Below are positions 9,117 through 17,301 of a stretch of DNA of 64,000 nt, piece after piece. The notes beneath the pieces are model-generated. The model was not told the origin of the DNA, searched no databases, and saw only the letters and a program-made list of their open reading frames with translations. The position numbers and the translations under genes were made by a program. Numbering within the stretch: position 1 is the first letter of the stretch; every line of letters begins with the position of its first letter. This DNA is from Candidatus Gastranaerophilales bacterium. Lineage in GTDB: Bacteria > Cyanobacteriota > Vampirovibrionia > Gastranaerophilales > Gastranaerophilaceae. The stretch covers positions 19,793-83,792 of the forward strand of contig CALUVO010000009.1 of NCBI GenBank assembly GCA_944324245.1, read 5' to 3'.

Positions 9117-10308
9117 TTGCGCCCGCCTTTATAAGTTTTGTTTTCAATTCTTCATAAGGCATTATCCCTACATGTGTTTCTATATTGATTCTTATCGCAG
9201 GAACGCCGTCTATACCTATGTGGTTAGCTTCATCAATTTCTTTTTGAAGTTCTTTTTGCGTTTTTTCAGAGTGGGCATCCTGTTTGAGTTTTTCTATATT
9301 CAGTCCTCTTATTGATTTTGCATTATTGAGGATTGATTCTTCTCCTTGAAATTCTTTGTCAAAAAGCAGAGAATTCATATCCCAGTACTTGCCCTGATAA
9401 CCTGCAGCAATAGCATATTTTGCCATCAGGCACGAACCCGGATGCATTTGTGTAGATAATGCGGAGTTACAGTCCTTATCCAGCGGAAGATTGTGATGAA
9501 CGACTTTTATATTTTTCAGTTCATTTACCGCTCTTAGCATCATTGTATTTAGCACAAAACAGAACGGACATTGATAATCTGTATATTCATGAACAACCAG
9601 TTTTGCATTATGTTCGCCCAAAACATTACCCGTTGTCTTGTATCTCTCATCAGGTTTTGAAAAATACTCGAGTTCTTTTTGCATTTTTACCTGAGGCGCA
9701 AGTATATCGGATATCTCCGTATAAACAAGAACACCAGCCGCAGCAATTGCAAGTATGACAAAAGTTATTGCGTATTTTTTTATTTTTAATGCTGCAATAA
9801 AATCTTTAAAACTTGTTGCAAAAACCTGAAAGATATTTTCATCTTTCGGTTTACCGACAATACCTATTAGAAGATTTAAAATATATGTGAAAAAGCAAAG
9901 TATACATATTTTTTTGATTTCAAATATTGAAATTCCTGCTAATGTCATTGAAATCAGAAAAGCAATAATACCAAGAGCGCAAATGTATGACTCGGGCTTT
10001 TGGAAAACTTCTAAAAAACCGAATATTCTAAAACCTTTTATTTCTATTTTTTGAAGTTTATCTGCAAATGTAAACACAAGAAATATAAAATACAAAAACA
10101 CGCCCCACAACGCCAGAGGTATGCCGAAAAACTGTGAATGTGTTGTTTTTGCCACACCGTCACAGTCTATTAAATCATTGATTGAACAAAAACTGGACAG
10201 TGCATAGGGATTGAAATTTGCATCCCAGTATATAAAAGACAGCTTTATTGATGTAATAAGTCCTATTAATGCAAGAACCGTAAGCGTTATTCTTTTTGCT
10301 GTATTCAT
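9106..10308 (-). CDS. VKOR-domain / DsbA-like thioredoxin fusion protein
   Basis: The N-terminal membrane domain has 'CSINDLIDCD' and 'CILC'. The C-terminal thioredoxin fold has 'YTDYQCPFC'. ATG 10308 abuts the upstream stop; the ORF track start is 10329. Confidence 0.75.
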   Translation of the reverse strand: MNTAKRITLTVLALIGLITSIKLSFIYWDANFNPYALSSFCSINDLIDCDGVAKTTHSQFFGIPLALWGVFLYFIFLVFTFADKLQKIEIKGFRIFGFLEVFQKPESYICALGIIAFLISMTLAGISIFEIKKICILCFFTYILNLLIGIVGKPKDENIFQVFATSFKDFIAALKIKKYAITFVILAIAAAGVLVYTEISDILAPQVKMQKELEYFSKPDERYKTTGNVLGEHNAKLVVHEYTDYQCPFCFVLNTMMLRAVNELKNIKVVHHNLPLDKDCNSALSTQMHPGSCLMAKYAIAAGYQGKYWDMNSLLFDKEFQGEESILNNAKSIRGLNIEKLKQDAHSEKTQKELQKEIDEANHIGIDGVPAIRINIETHVGIMPYEELKTKLIKAGAIER

Positions 10309-10309
10309 T

Positions 10310-11686
10310 TTATACCTCTTTATTCTCAATTTTCATAATCAGAGCAGATGCCATTGCAATCATTGTCCAGAACAAGAATTGCACCTGCGGTCTGAAATAT
10401 ATTGTATCAAATAATCCGTGAGTCATCACACCTATAATGATTAATATTGCTGAACAAACTACTGCCTTATCGGCTAGGCTGTTAGTATCACAAGAAACTT
10501 TTATATATTTTATTGCATCAAATAAAAACAGCCCGAGAAAAGCTGCAAATGCAAGAAGTCCGAATATTCCGCTTTCTACCGCAATCTCTAAAGGAACAGA
10601 GTATGTGCTCAGTGCATCAAATCCGGTTATCATATACAGTCCGTATATTTCTCTAAAAGTCTGGTTGCCTGCTCCTATTCCTAAAATCCAGTTGTCACAA
10701 AACATGTTCCACGAAGAATGATAAACATTCATTCTAAATGATGTAGAAGAATCTCCTCTAAGCAGGAATATGGAAAGTATTCTCTTTGTAATCTTGGGTA
10801 CAGCAATCAAAATTAATGCAAAAAGACTTATTATCGTGACAATAATTTTATGCCAGAGTGATTTTATTTTTTTTGCAAAAGAAAAATCAGTGTTTAGAAT
10901 AACAGTAACGAGTAACATTGCAGCTGCAATTATTGCTCCGAGTCCTAAATATGCCCCTCTTGAACCTGTAAAAAATATTGCTAATGAACAAATAAGAAAT
11001 ACCGCAATACCGAGAATAAACCTTTTTCTTTCTTTTTTGGCAAAAGATACGGCCAAAAAGCCTATTACATAGCTGATGCCTGCGACAAGATATCCGCCAA
11101 GAAGATTGGGATTTAGCGGTTTTAGTGTTCCGTAGGCTCTTGCTATTGCATCTTCAGGATTTATATAATTTGTATCCTGCCATGTAGAGATTTGTTCCAC
11201 CCCGGAAAAATTCTGGTATATTGCAATTATTCCTTCAATACAGCACAACCCTGAAACAAGTATAAAAAACCAGCGGATTTTATTTTTGTTTGTTTGAAAG
11301 TAATTTGCAGCACAAAAATAGTACAGGATATAAATTACTGTCTTTAAAAAGCCATGGATACTCTGTCTTAATAGTTCAGAATTAATGGTACTGATAAAGC
11401 AAATAACAAAATAAACTATAATTGCTGCATCAAATTTTGTGAAAACAATTTTTGATGATTTTTTTGTACAAAGTTTGACAAATGTAAGACAAATCACAGC
11501 AAAAGCAATTATTCCCAGCTTTTCACTTTCCATAAATGATGAAGCAAAGAGAGTTAATGACATAAAAAACAAAATAATTTCATCAATTTTAGAAAGTATA
11601 AAACTGTTTTTTGTAATTACTTCCAGTTTGTTTTGCAAAAGAGCAAAACACTGATTCTTTAATTCCAGTATTTTTGATTCAATCAT
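10310..11686 (-). CDS. O-antigen ligase (Wzy_C) family membrane protein
   Basis: 458 aa and polytopic. Contains the loop 'TGSRGAYLGLGAIIAA' typical of O-antigen ligase/polymerase-like proteins. Confidence 0.7.
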   Translation of the reverse strand: MIESKILELKNQCFALLQNKLEVITKNSFILSKIDEIILFFMSLTLFASSFMESEKLGIIAFAVICLTFVKLCTKKSSKIVFTKFDAAIIVYFVICFISTINSELLRQSIHGFLKTVIYILYYFCAANYFQTNKNKIRWFFILVSGLCCIEGIIAIYQNFSGVEQISTWQDTNYINPEDAIARAYGTLKPLNPNLLGGYLVAGISYVIGFLAVSFAKKERKRFILGIAVFLICSLAIFFTGSRGAYLGLGAIIAAAMLLVTVILNTDFSFAKKIKSLWHKIIVTIISLFALILIAVPKITKRILSIFLLRGDSSTSFRMNVYHSSWNMFCDNWILGIGAGNQTFREIYGLYMITGFDALSTYSVPLEIAVESGIFGLLAFAAFLGLFLFDAIKYIKVSCDTNSLADKAVVCSAILIIIGVMTHGLFDTIYFRPQVQFLFWTMIAMASALIMKIENKEV

Positions 11687-11688
11687 GA

Positions 11689-12327
11689 TTATTTAGCAAT
11701 TTTTTCTTTATTTGTATCTTTTTCGGATTGTTGAGTTTTATCCTGAGTATTGTTTTTTTCTATAGCTTTTGTTTCTTTGCTTTCAGCAGCTTTTAGTTGT
11801 CTTAGCTGTTCGTTGATAATAAAAACATCTTTATCCGTAAGTTCCTGGACATTTGATATTGTCCCGCCTGTGCGATAGTTATACCCCTCAAGAACAATAG
11901 GCGTACCTATTTTTATTTTATTTCCGCCTGCGACAGCCCCGTCAGCAGTGATTTTGGCTTCGTCCATAAGTGTTATAACAAAATCATACTGGTATGGCTG
12001 TGAAAAATCGTCCACAACTATAAACGGCTGCTGCGGATTATTTACAGGGAGAACAATCTTTCTTGGCTGGTAAGCAACATCTATTATCTTAAGTTTTGTA
12101 TAAGGTACATTTCTTATTGTAATAAAAGTCTCTTCGCCGGCTTTAAACGGTATCTGTGTATCAGTTATTGAAACACCTTTTATCATAACCTGAAAAGCAA
12201 TTTTTTTAGTTGCTTCAACAGGTGTCGACGAAAATTTATTTTTTCCTGCGTATACAAGAACACCAATAGCAATCACCGCAATAACTGCTGCTATAATTAT
12301 GTAATCAAATGGTTTAAGCTGTTTCAT
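11689..12327 (-). CDS. DUF4330-like membrane-anchored protein
   Basis: One N-terminal TM helix and a beta-rich body. Tightly packed between the ligase and heptose kinase genes. Confidence 0.45.
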   Translation of the reverse strand: MKQLKPFDYIIIAAVIAVIAIGVLVYAGKNKFSSTPVEATKKIAFQVMIKGVSITDTQIPFKAGEETFITIRNVPYTKLKIIDVAYQPRKIVLPVNNPQQPFIVVDDFSQPYQYDFVITLMDEAKITADGAVAGGNKIKIGTPIVLEGYNYRTGGTISNVQELTDKDVFIINEQLRQLKAAESKETKAIEKNNTQDKTQQSEKDTNKEKIAK

Positions 12328-12360
12328 CTTTAACCCCCCCCGGTATTTAATACTAACAAT

Positions 12361-13443
12361 TTATGCTTTAATAGTGTAATTCTGCATGTTCATTTTATTA
12401 AGACTTTGTTTTATTTCATCAATAGTTGTAGTTGCACATCCGAATGACCGAATAACTATACTTGCGGCAATGTTACCTATAATGGCAGCATATTTTGGCG
12501 GTGCACCGGCAGCCAGTGCAAGTGTAAATGATGCAACAACCGTATCGCCTGCACCTGTTACATCAAAAACATCCGTTTTATTAAAAACAGGAACATCTGT
12601 ATGTTCTTTTTTACCATGTTCAAAAACTGCCATACCATCACCGCCTCTTGTTAATAGAAGCACTTTTGCTTTCGTGATATCCAATATGTCTGCGCCTGCA
12701 TTATTGAGTGTTTTTTCGTCTCTTATGAAATAACCGACAGCCTTTTCACTGTCCGGCTGGTTGGGTGTAAGCGCATAGACGCCTTTGTATCTTTGCATAT
12801 CTTTTTGGACATCGGCTACTATGATTTTATTATGTTTATTGGCACAATTTATAGCGGCCTCAATAATTCTGTCGGTTAGAAGTCCGATATTGTAATCGGA
12901 AAGTATAACCGCATCGTGCAGCGGTACAGCTTTTTCTATGTTTTCTATTATTTTGTCTTCAATTTCTTTTTTTATCGGCTTTGCATCAACTCTGTCAATT
13001 CTGACAATCTGCTGTGATACAGAATGGAAGCTTGCACCTGAGATTCTTGATTTTACTGTAGTAGTACGGGATTCATCCTGCACCATAAAATCCGTGTTGA
13101 TTCCGGCTTTTTTAAAGGCTTCTAACAGCATAGGTCCGTAGTAATCATTGCCGTATAAGCCGATTGCCGAAACTTTGCCTCCGTTAATTGTTGCAAGGTT
13201 GTGAGCAGCATTTGCCGCCTGTCCAAGAATAATATTTGTATTTGCATGCCGGAGAATAAGTACGGGTGCTTCTCTTGAAATTCTCTCTGTGTCTCCATAT
13301 ATCATTTCATCAATGCCCATATCTCCTATTATGAGAACTTTGGGTATATTTAATCTGTCTATGTATTTATCAAGTTCTTCTCTATTAAAATCAAAATTTT
13401 GTAATTCGGGCATTTTATTCTCCGTATTTTGAAAAATATTCAA
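12361..13443 (-). CDS. D-glycero-beta-D-manno-heptose-7-phosphate kinase (RfaE domain I / PfkB family)
   Basis: 'VLIIGDMGIDEMIYGDTERISREAPVLIL' and the C-terminal 'DVTGAGDTVVASF' PfkB signature. Confidence 0.8.
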   Translation of the reverse strand: MNIFQNTENKMPELQNFDFNREELDKYIDRLNIPKVLIIGDMGIDEMIYGDTERISREAPVLILRHANTNIILGQAANAAHNLATINGGKVSAIGLYGNDYYGPMLLEAFKKAGINTDFMVQDESRTTTVKSRISGASFHSVSQQIVRIDRVDAKPIKKEIEDKIIENIEKAVPLHDAVILSDYNIGLLTDRIIEAAINCANKHNKIIVADVQKDMQRYKGVYALTPNQPDSEKAVGYFIRDEKTLNNAGADILDITKAKVLLLTRGGDGMAVFEHGKKEHTDVPVFNKTDVFDVTGAGDTVVASFTLALAAGAPPKYAAIIGNIAASIVIRSFGCATTTIDEIKQSLNKMNMQNYTIKA

Positions 13444-13556
13444 ATATCCTTTAACTGCGGGTCATATTTTTAAAAATAGTGTAGTATAATATTTTTAGTT
13501 TAGCATAAAAAAATGTATAAACAGTACAAAAACAACATACAACAAAATGAGGTAAA

Positions 13557-14141
13557 ATGACAGGTACTCCTGACGACAACAATGATGATTTTCATAATCT
13601 TGACTTTGATGAAAAGTTAGAGATTGAGAAACTTCAGGCAACCATCAGAAGCATGAGTAATTTTTCTGATGATTCGGAAGGCTTTTTATCGCAGAGTCCA
13701 AAAGCTTTGATGGAAGGCGGAATAAACTTGCAGCCGGATTCAGGTGCTGAGTTTGATCCTTATGCTGAAATAGAAAAGCCTGTTGTTAGAAATACAGGGC
13801 CGAGAGCAAAGAAGTTTGTCGTAATGGTAAACGCAGAAAATGTAGAATTTTTTGACAAGATACCAATGGAAGAAAGAACACATTTGTTTAACAATCTTCT
13901 TTCTAATTATAAAAAAAGTCTTGAACAGGCAAAACAAAAGAAGCATTTGATTAAATTTTCTAAACACATGTTTGTGGCAATAATGACTATTTTATTATCT
14001 TTACCTATAATGTTTGTGGTTGTTAATAAATCAATTGAATTAACAATACAAAACTATAAAGATGTGCAAAACAGTTTTGAAAAGCTCTATGAAAGCCGGA
14101 ATCAGGGCAGATTTAATAACATACACAGAACAATATACTAG
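13557..14141 (+). CDS. Hypothetical protein with C-terminal TM helix
   Basis: A good ORF with RBS-like 'aaatgaggtaaa' upstream. No recognisable domain. Confidence 0.5.
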   Translation: MTGTPDDNNDDFHNLDFDEKLEIEKLQATIRSMSNFSDDSEGFLSQSPKALMEGGINLQPDSGAEFDPYAEIEKPVVRNTGPRAKKFVVMVNAENVEFFDKIPMEERTHLFNNLLSNYKKSLEQAKQKKHLIKFSKHMFVAIMTILLSLPIMFVVVNKSIELTIQNYKDVQNSFEKLYESRNQGRFNNIHRTIY

Positions 14142-14155
14142 ATTTTTAAAGGTTT

Positions 14156-14812
14156 TTGATGATTAAGGACAGGGTATTAGAAAAGATAAAATTTGAAAAC
14201 AAGCTATATTTTGTTGGGTTGTCTCTAGGGTCATGCTCTACTAACGAAACAGGTGCTGCTGTTATTGATAGAGATTTAAACATACTAACATTGGATAAAT
14301 TATTCTCAATGGAGGATGTAAGATTCTTTTTTAAGAGAATGGTAGGGAAACAAAATTCTATTATAAATATAGCTTTGCCGGAAAATCCTCAAATGCTGAA
14401 TGCAAAATGGAAATTGATTTCAAGAGAATATCAGCTTATACAAAGCTGTGAATTGATAAATCAGGACAGTGACTGGATACAGAGATATTCCCACAGGGGA
14501 TGTGACTTTTTTAATGAGTTAAAAGAACAGGGAATTGATATTTTTCGTTATGACATACACGAGCTTAAATCATCTTTCGGGCTGTCAGGTATATATAAAG
14601 ACAGGTCACCCGTTGATTGTAAGGCATTGCAAAGCGCATTAAAATACCGATTCGGATTTAAGGAATTGCCTTCTAACATGCTTCCAGTTTCACAGCTGGA
14701 AGCTATTTTGGGGGCGTATCTCGGTATAATCATGGCATCGGATAAAACAGGATATAATGCAAAAATAAAGGCCAATTACAATGATATAAGTGTTATAGGT
14801 TTAGATATTTAG
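14156..14812 (+). CDS. Hypothetical protein (possibly RNase H-fold, DUF429-like)
   Basis: The N-terminus 'YFVGLSLGSCSTNETGAAVIDRD' resembles the first strand/Asp of RNase H-like folds. This assignment is weak. Confidence 0.4.
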   Translation: MMIKDRVLEKIKFENKLYFVGLSLGSCSTNETGAAVIDRDLNILTLDKLFSMEDVRFFFKRMVGKQNSIINIALPENPQMLNAKWKLISREYQLIQSCELINQDSDWIQRYSHRGCDFFNELKEQGIDIFRYDIHELKSSFGLSGIYKDRSPVDCKALQSALKYRFGFKELPSNMLPVSQLEAILGAYLGIIMASDKTGYNAKIKANYNDISVIGLDI

Positions 14813-14931
14813 ATTGAAAAGAAAAATTTTTCTATTGGTGAAATAATAAAAATAAACATGTTAAAACTTAGTATTATTAACTATTTTAGTCTATTTTGAG
14901 AATTTGCTATATATGTTACATAATAAAACAG

Positions 14932-14960
14932 TTGAAAATAAAAAATCAGCATATTATAAT
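14932..14960 (+). promoter_or_regulatory. Near-consensus sigma70-type promoter upstream of tRNA-Asp
   Basis: TTGAAA (14932-14937), a 17-nt spacer, then TATAAT (14955-14960). It lies about 135 nt upstream of the tRNA. Confidence 0.6.
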
Positions 14961-15096
14961 TCATTTACGGACATGTTAGATGTCTTTGAAAATAGAATAA
15001 CGTGATATGGATCGTAGCCCTGTGAGCGAGAGCGAACGGTTTTAGATTAAGACCAAACTAAGCTACAATTCAAATGAAAATTGAATAATATGGTAT

Positions 15097-15174
15097 GGGA
15101 TCGTAGCTCAGTTTGGTTAGAGTGTCTGCCTGTCACGCAGAAGGTCGCGAGTTCGAGCCTCGTCGGTCCCGCCA
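15097..15174 (+). tRNA. tRNA-Asp (anticodon GTC), CCA encoded
   Basis: Manual cloverleaf: acceptor GGGATCG/CGGTCCC, D arm GCTC..GAGT, anticodon arm TCTGC-CTGTCAC-GCAGA, T arm GCGAG-TTCGAGC-CTCGT, discriminator G, CCA. Confidence 0.92.
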
Positions 15175-15180
15175 TTAAAT

Positions 15181-15209
15181 AAAAAAGTCACCTTTGGGGT
15201 GGCTTTTTT
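15181..15209. terminator. Terminator hairpin after tRNA-Asp
   Basis: 'aaaaaagtcacc tttgg ggtggctttttt'. Confidence 0.7.
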
Positions 15210-15335
15210 GTTTAACAAGAGGAACGAGAGGCTAAAAAGTTGCATTAGTTTTTTAAAAAACTCACCCACACTAAAGCCTCGTTGACCTCAGCCCTTGGCG
15301 AACTTTGTGAGCCTTAGGGATGAAGTCCCTACCTG

Positions 15336-15379
15336 GCGGTCCCGCCATTAAAAAAGAGCCTTTTAAGGCTCTTTTTTTT
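15336..15379 (+). repeat. Second copy of the tRNA-Asp 3' end plus its own terminator
   Basis: 'cggtcccgccattaaa' at 15337-15352 is identical to 15164-15179. It is followed by the hairpin 'agagcc ttttaa ggctct' and a T-tract. Confidence 0.85.
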
Positions 15380-15402
15380 AATACATTTTTGAACTTTTAT
15401 AT

Positions 15403-15744
15403 TTATATAAGTCCCCATAAACCAGTTAATAAAATATTTTTAGGAGCTTTCACCTCTTCGTCAAGTACAGTAAATAGAGCTTTATCAAATACTTTTAAAT
15501 TATGTAACCCTGGCTCACCTGTTCCCCAAAGAAGAATATTTTTTGCGTCTTTATAAGACATTTTATAAGGATTATCTGCGTTAGCAATATTTTGTGTAGT
15601 GCTATATTTTTGTCTAAGTTTATTTACTGCTGCTTCATCCCATAAACCTGCGCCAATATTGCCATTATTAACTTTCACTCTGTACATACCGTTAGGTAAT
15701 TTCATTACATTATAATTCCCAATAATTTCAAATTGTGCAACCAT
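15403..15744 (-). CDS. Hypothetical protein (113 aa)
   Basis: A clean ORF ending just upstream of the 15350-15379 hairpin. No recognisable domain. Confidence 0.5.
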   Translation of the reverse strand: MVAQFEIIGNYNVMKLPNGMYRVKVNNGNIGAGLWDEAAVNKLRQKYSTTQNIANADNPYKMSYKDAKNILLWGTGEPGLHNLKVFDKALFTVLDEEVKAPKNILLTGLWGLI

Positions 15745-15829
15745 AAAACCAACCTTTCATCGAATCATAAATATAACTAACCTTATATTTATAAACTATT
15801 TCGTTAAGTATAAATTGCCATATCATGAT

Positions 15830-15865
15830 CAGAGGATATCATATCATATCATATCATATCCTCTG
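15830..15865. repeat. Pentanucleotide microsatellite (TATCA x ~4.8) embedded in an inverted repeat
   Basis: 'cagaggatatc atatcatatcatatcatatc ctctg'. It lies about 90 bp upstream of the 15744 start codon. Confidence 0.85.
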
Positions 15866-16026
15866 TCCTAACTGGATTTGAGATTAACAAAATTTGTATT
15901 TACAAAAGTTAATATTTATAATAAATTACGATATTAGCTCAAATTCTTTAAGAATTTGAGCTATCTTTAAAAGTTGATTAAATTTATAATAACTGGATAA
16001 ATTGTTTGCATAACTTTGAACTAACA

Positions 16027-16088
16027 GTTCGAACCTGGAAGCGTCAGTTCCGCCATTATTAAAAAACTCCACTTTATGTGGAGTTTTT
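16027..16088 (+). repeat. Degenerate tRNA-3'-end-like block plus terminator (copy 3)
   Basis: 'gttcgaacctggaagcgtcagttccgccattattaaaaaa' is followed by the hairpin ctccac/gtggag and a T-tract. Confidence 0.7.
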
Positions 16089-16251
16089 GTTTCATGTTTC
16101 GGATGATTAGTGTCGAGAACTCTACAAAGTCAAAGCCCGAGAATAAAGTAGGTCGGATTTACAAATCCGACAAAATTATTTGTCAGCATAGTAATGCTGA
16201 CCTACTCCTAATAGTATAAAAACCGTATTATATTATAAATTCTTCGTTTAC

Positions 16252-16287
16252 TTACAAATCTTCTTTAGATTTTTGTTTCTCTTTCAG
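16252..16287 (-). pseudogene. Orphan copy of the last 12 codons of the tpsB-like gene
   Basis: 34/36 nt identical to 17302-17337. It still reads LKEKQKSKEDL* versus LKEKQESKKDL*. Confidence 0.75.
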
Positions 16288-16458
16288 TCAGTATATTAAA
16301 ACAATTTTTTATTTATTGTTGATTATATATTTTTTCTTCTTGCAAGATGTAAAATGAGCAATTTGTTTATGGTTATAATCTTTTAATTTTAAATTTAAAA
16401 ATCAAGTATACAGACAGGGCTAAAGTATATAGTTCGTGTTTCAGCTCGACAATAATCA

Positions 16459-17067
16459 TTACTTCAATTCTTCTGCTTTGTACACAGAATAACCTTCATA
16501 ATGGTAACTTGCATCAAGGCCTTTCATATAGACTTCTCTGCTACTGATTTCTGTAGTTAATGCTTCTTTTAAAAGGGCTTTTATTTCCACGCTTTTAATT
16601 GGACTTCTTTCCATTGCCAATAGATAATCTTCCTTGTCTATTTTGCTCCAATCAACAACTTGCCCTAACTCTTTTTTTAAAATCAAATCAAGCCAAATTC
16701 TTGCACTTCGACCATTACCTTCTCTAAAAGGATGGGCAACATTCATTTCTACATATTTTTCAACAATCTCATCAAAATTAGATTGCGGCATATTGTCAAT
16801 GTGTTCTAATGCACATTTGAGATACATAACAGGTGCAAATCTAAAATTACCTTTTGCAATATTTACAGTTCTTATTTCTCCTGCAAAATCATAGATTTCA
16901 TCAAACAAATATTTGTGAATAAAAGCTAGAGATTCAAATGTTCCAACTTTCAAATCGTAAATAACCTTGTTCTCAAAAAGCTCTATTGCCTTAAGCTTAC
17001 TTATTTTTTCTTCTACTCTAAAAAGCTCTGTTGAATCAGTTATTCCTAATTTGTTTTCTAAAGTCAT
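16459..17067 (-). CDS. Fic-family protein, class III-like (AMPylase/Fido domain)
   Basis: Contains the Fic motif 'HPFREGNGRSAR'. The C-terminal 'SYHYEG' fits the (S/T)xxxE(G/N) inhibitory helix motif. About 200 aa, single domain. Confidence 0.85.
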   Translation of the reverse strand: MTLENKLGITDSTELFRVEEKISKLKAIELFENKVIYDLKVGTFESLAFIHKYLFDEIYDFAGEIRTVNIAKGNFRFAPVMYLKCALEHIDNMPQSNFDEIVEKYVEMNVAHPFREGNGRSARIWLDLILKKELGQVVDWSKIDKEDYLLAMERSPIKSVEIKALLKEALTTEISSREVYMKGLDASYHYEGYSVYKAEELK

Positions 17068-17182
17068 AATTACCCCTATATGACTATTCTATCATAAAAA
17101 TTGTTAATTAGTTTGCTTATCTTTAAAGAAACTATAGATATATAATTTGTTTGTAAATTTTGATAATATCTCTTCAACAAAA

Positions 17183-17243
17183 GTTCGAACCTGTGAGCGT
17201 AGTTCCAGCAATTATCAAAAAGAACCCAAAAGGGTTCTTTTTT
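17183..17243 (+). repeat. Degenerate tRNA-3'-end-like block plus terminator (copy 4)
   Basis: 'gttcgaacctgtgagcgtagttccagcaattatcaaaaa' is followed by the hairpin gaaccc/gggttc and a T-tract. Homologous to 16027-16088 but with a different hairpin. Confidence 0.7.
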
Positions 17244-17301
17244 GTCTTTTGGACAGCTCTTATTAATAATTTATTTGTCAATAAATTTACTAAAAGTGTA
17301 A

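Noticed and set aside
15320-15556. ORF 15320-15556 (+), overlapping the second tRNA-Asp end copy and the 113-aa gene.
   Set aside because: It starts inside the tRNA-end repeat/terminator and runs antisense to a better ORF, so it has no support.
16148-16206. Two adjacent hairpins (tcggattt-ac-aaatccga and gtcagcat-agta-atgctgac) closed by gtaggtc/gacctac were considered as a small structured RNA.
   Set aside because: - The pairing is real, but the outer stem overlaps the second hairpin.
- There is no promoter or terminator context and no second copy in the window.
- The evidence is insufficient to call a feature.
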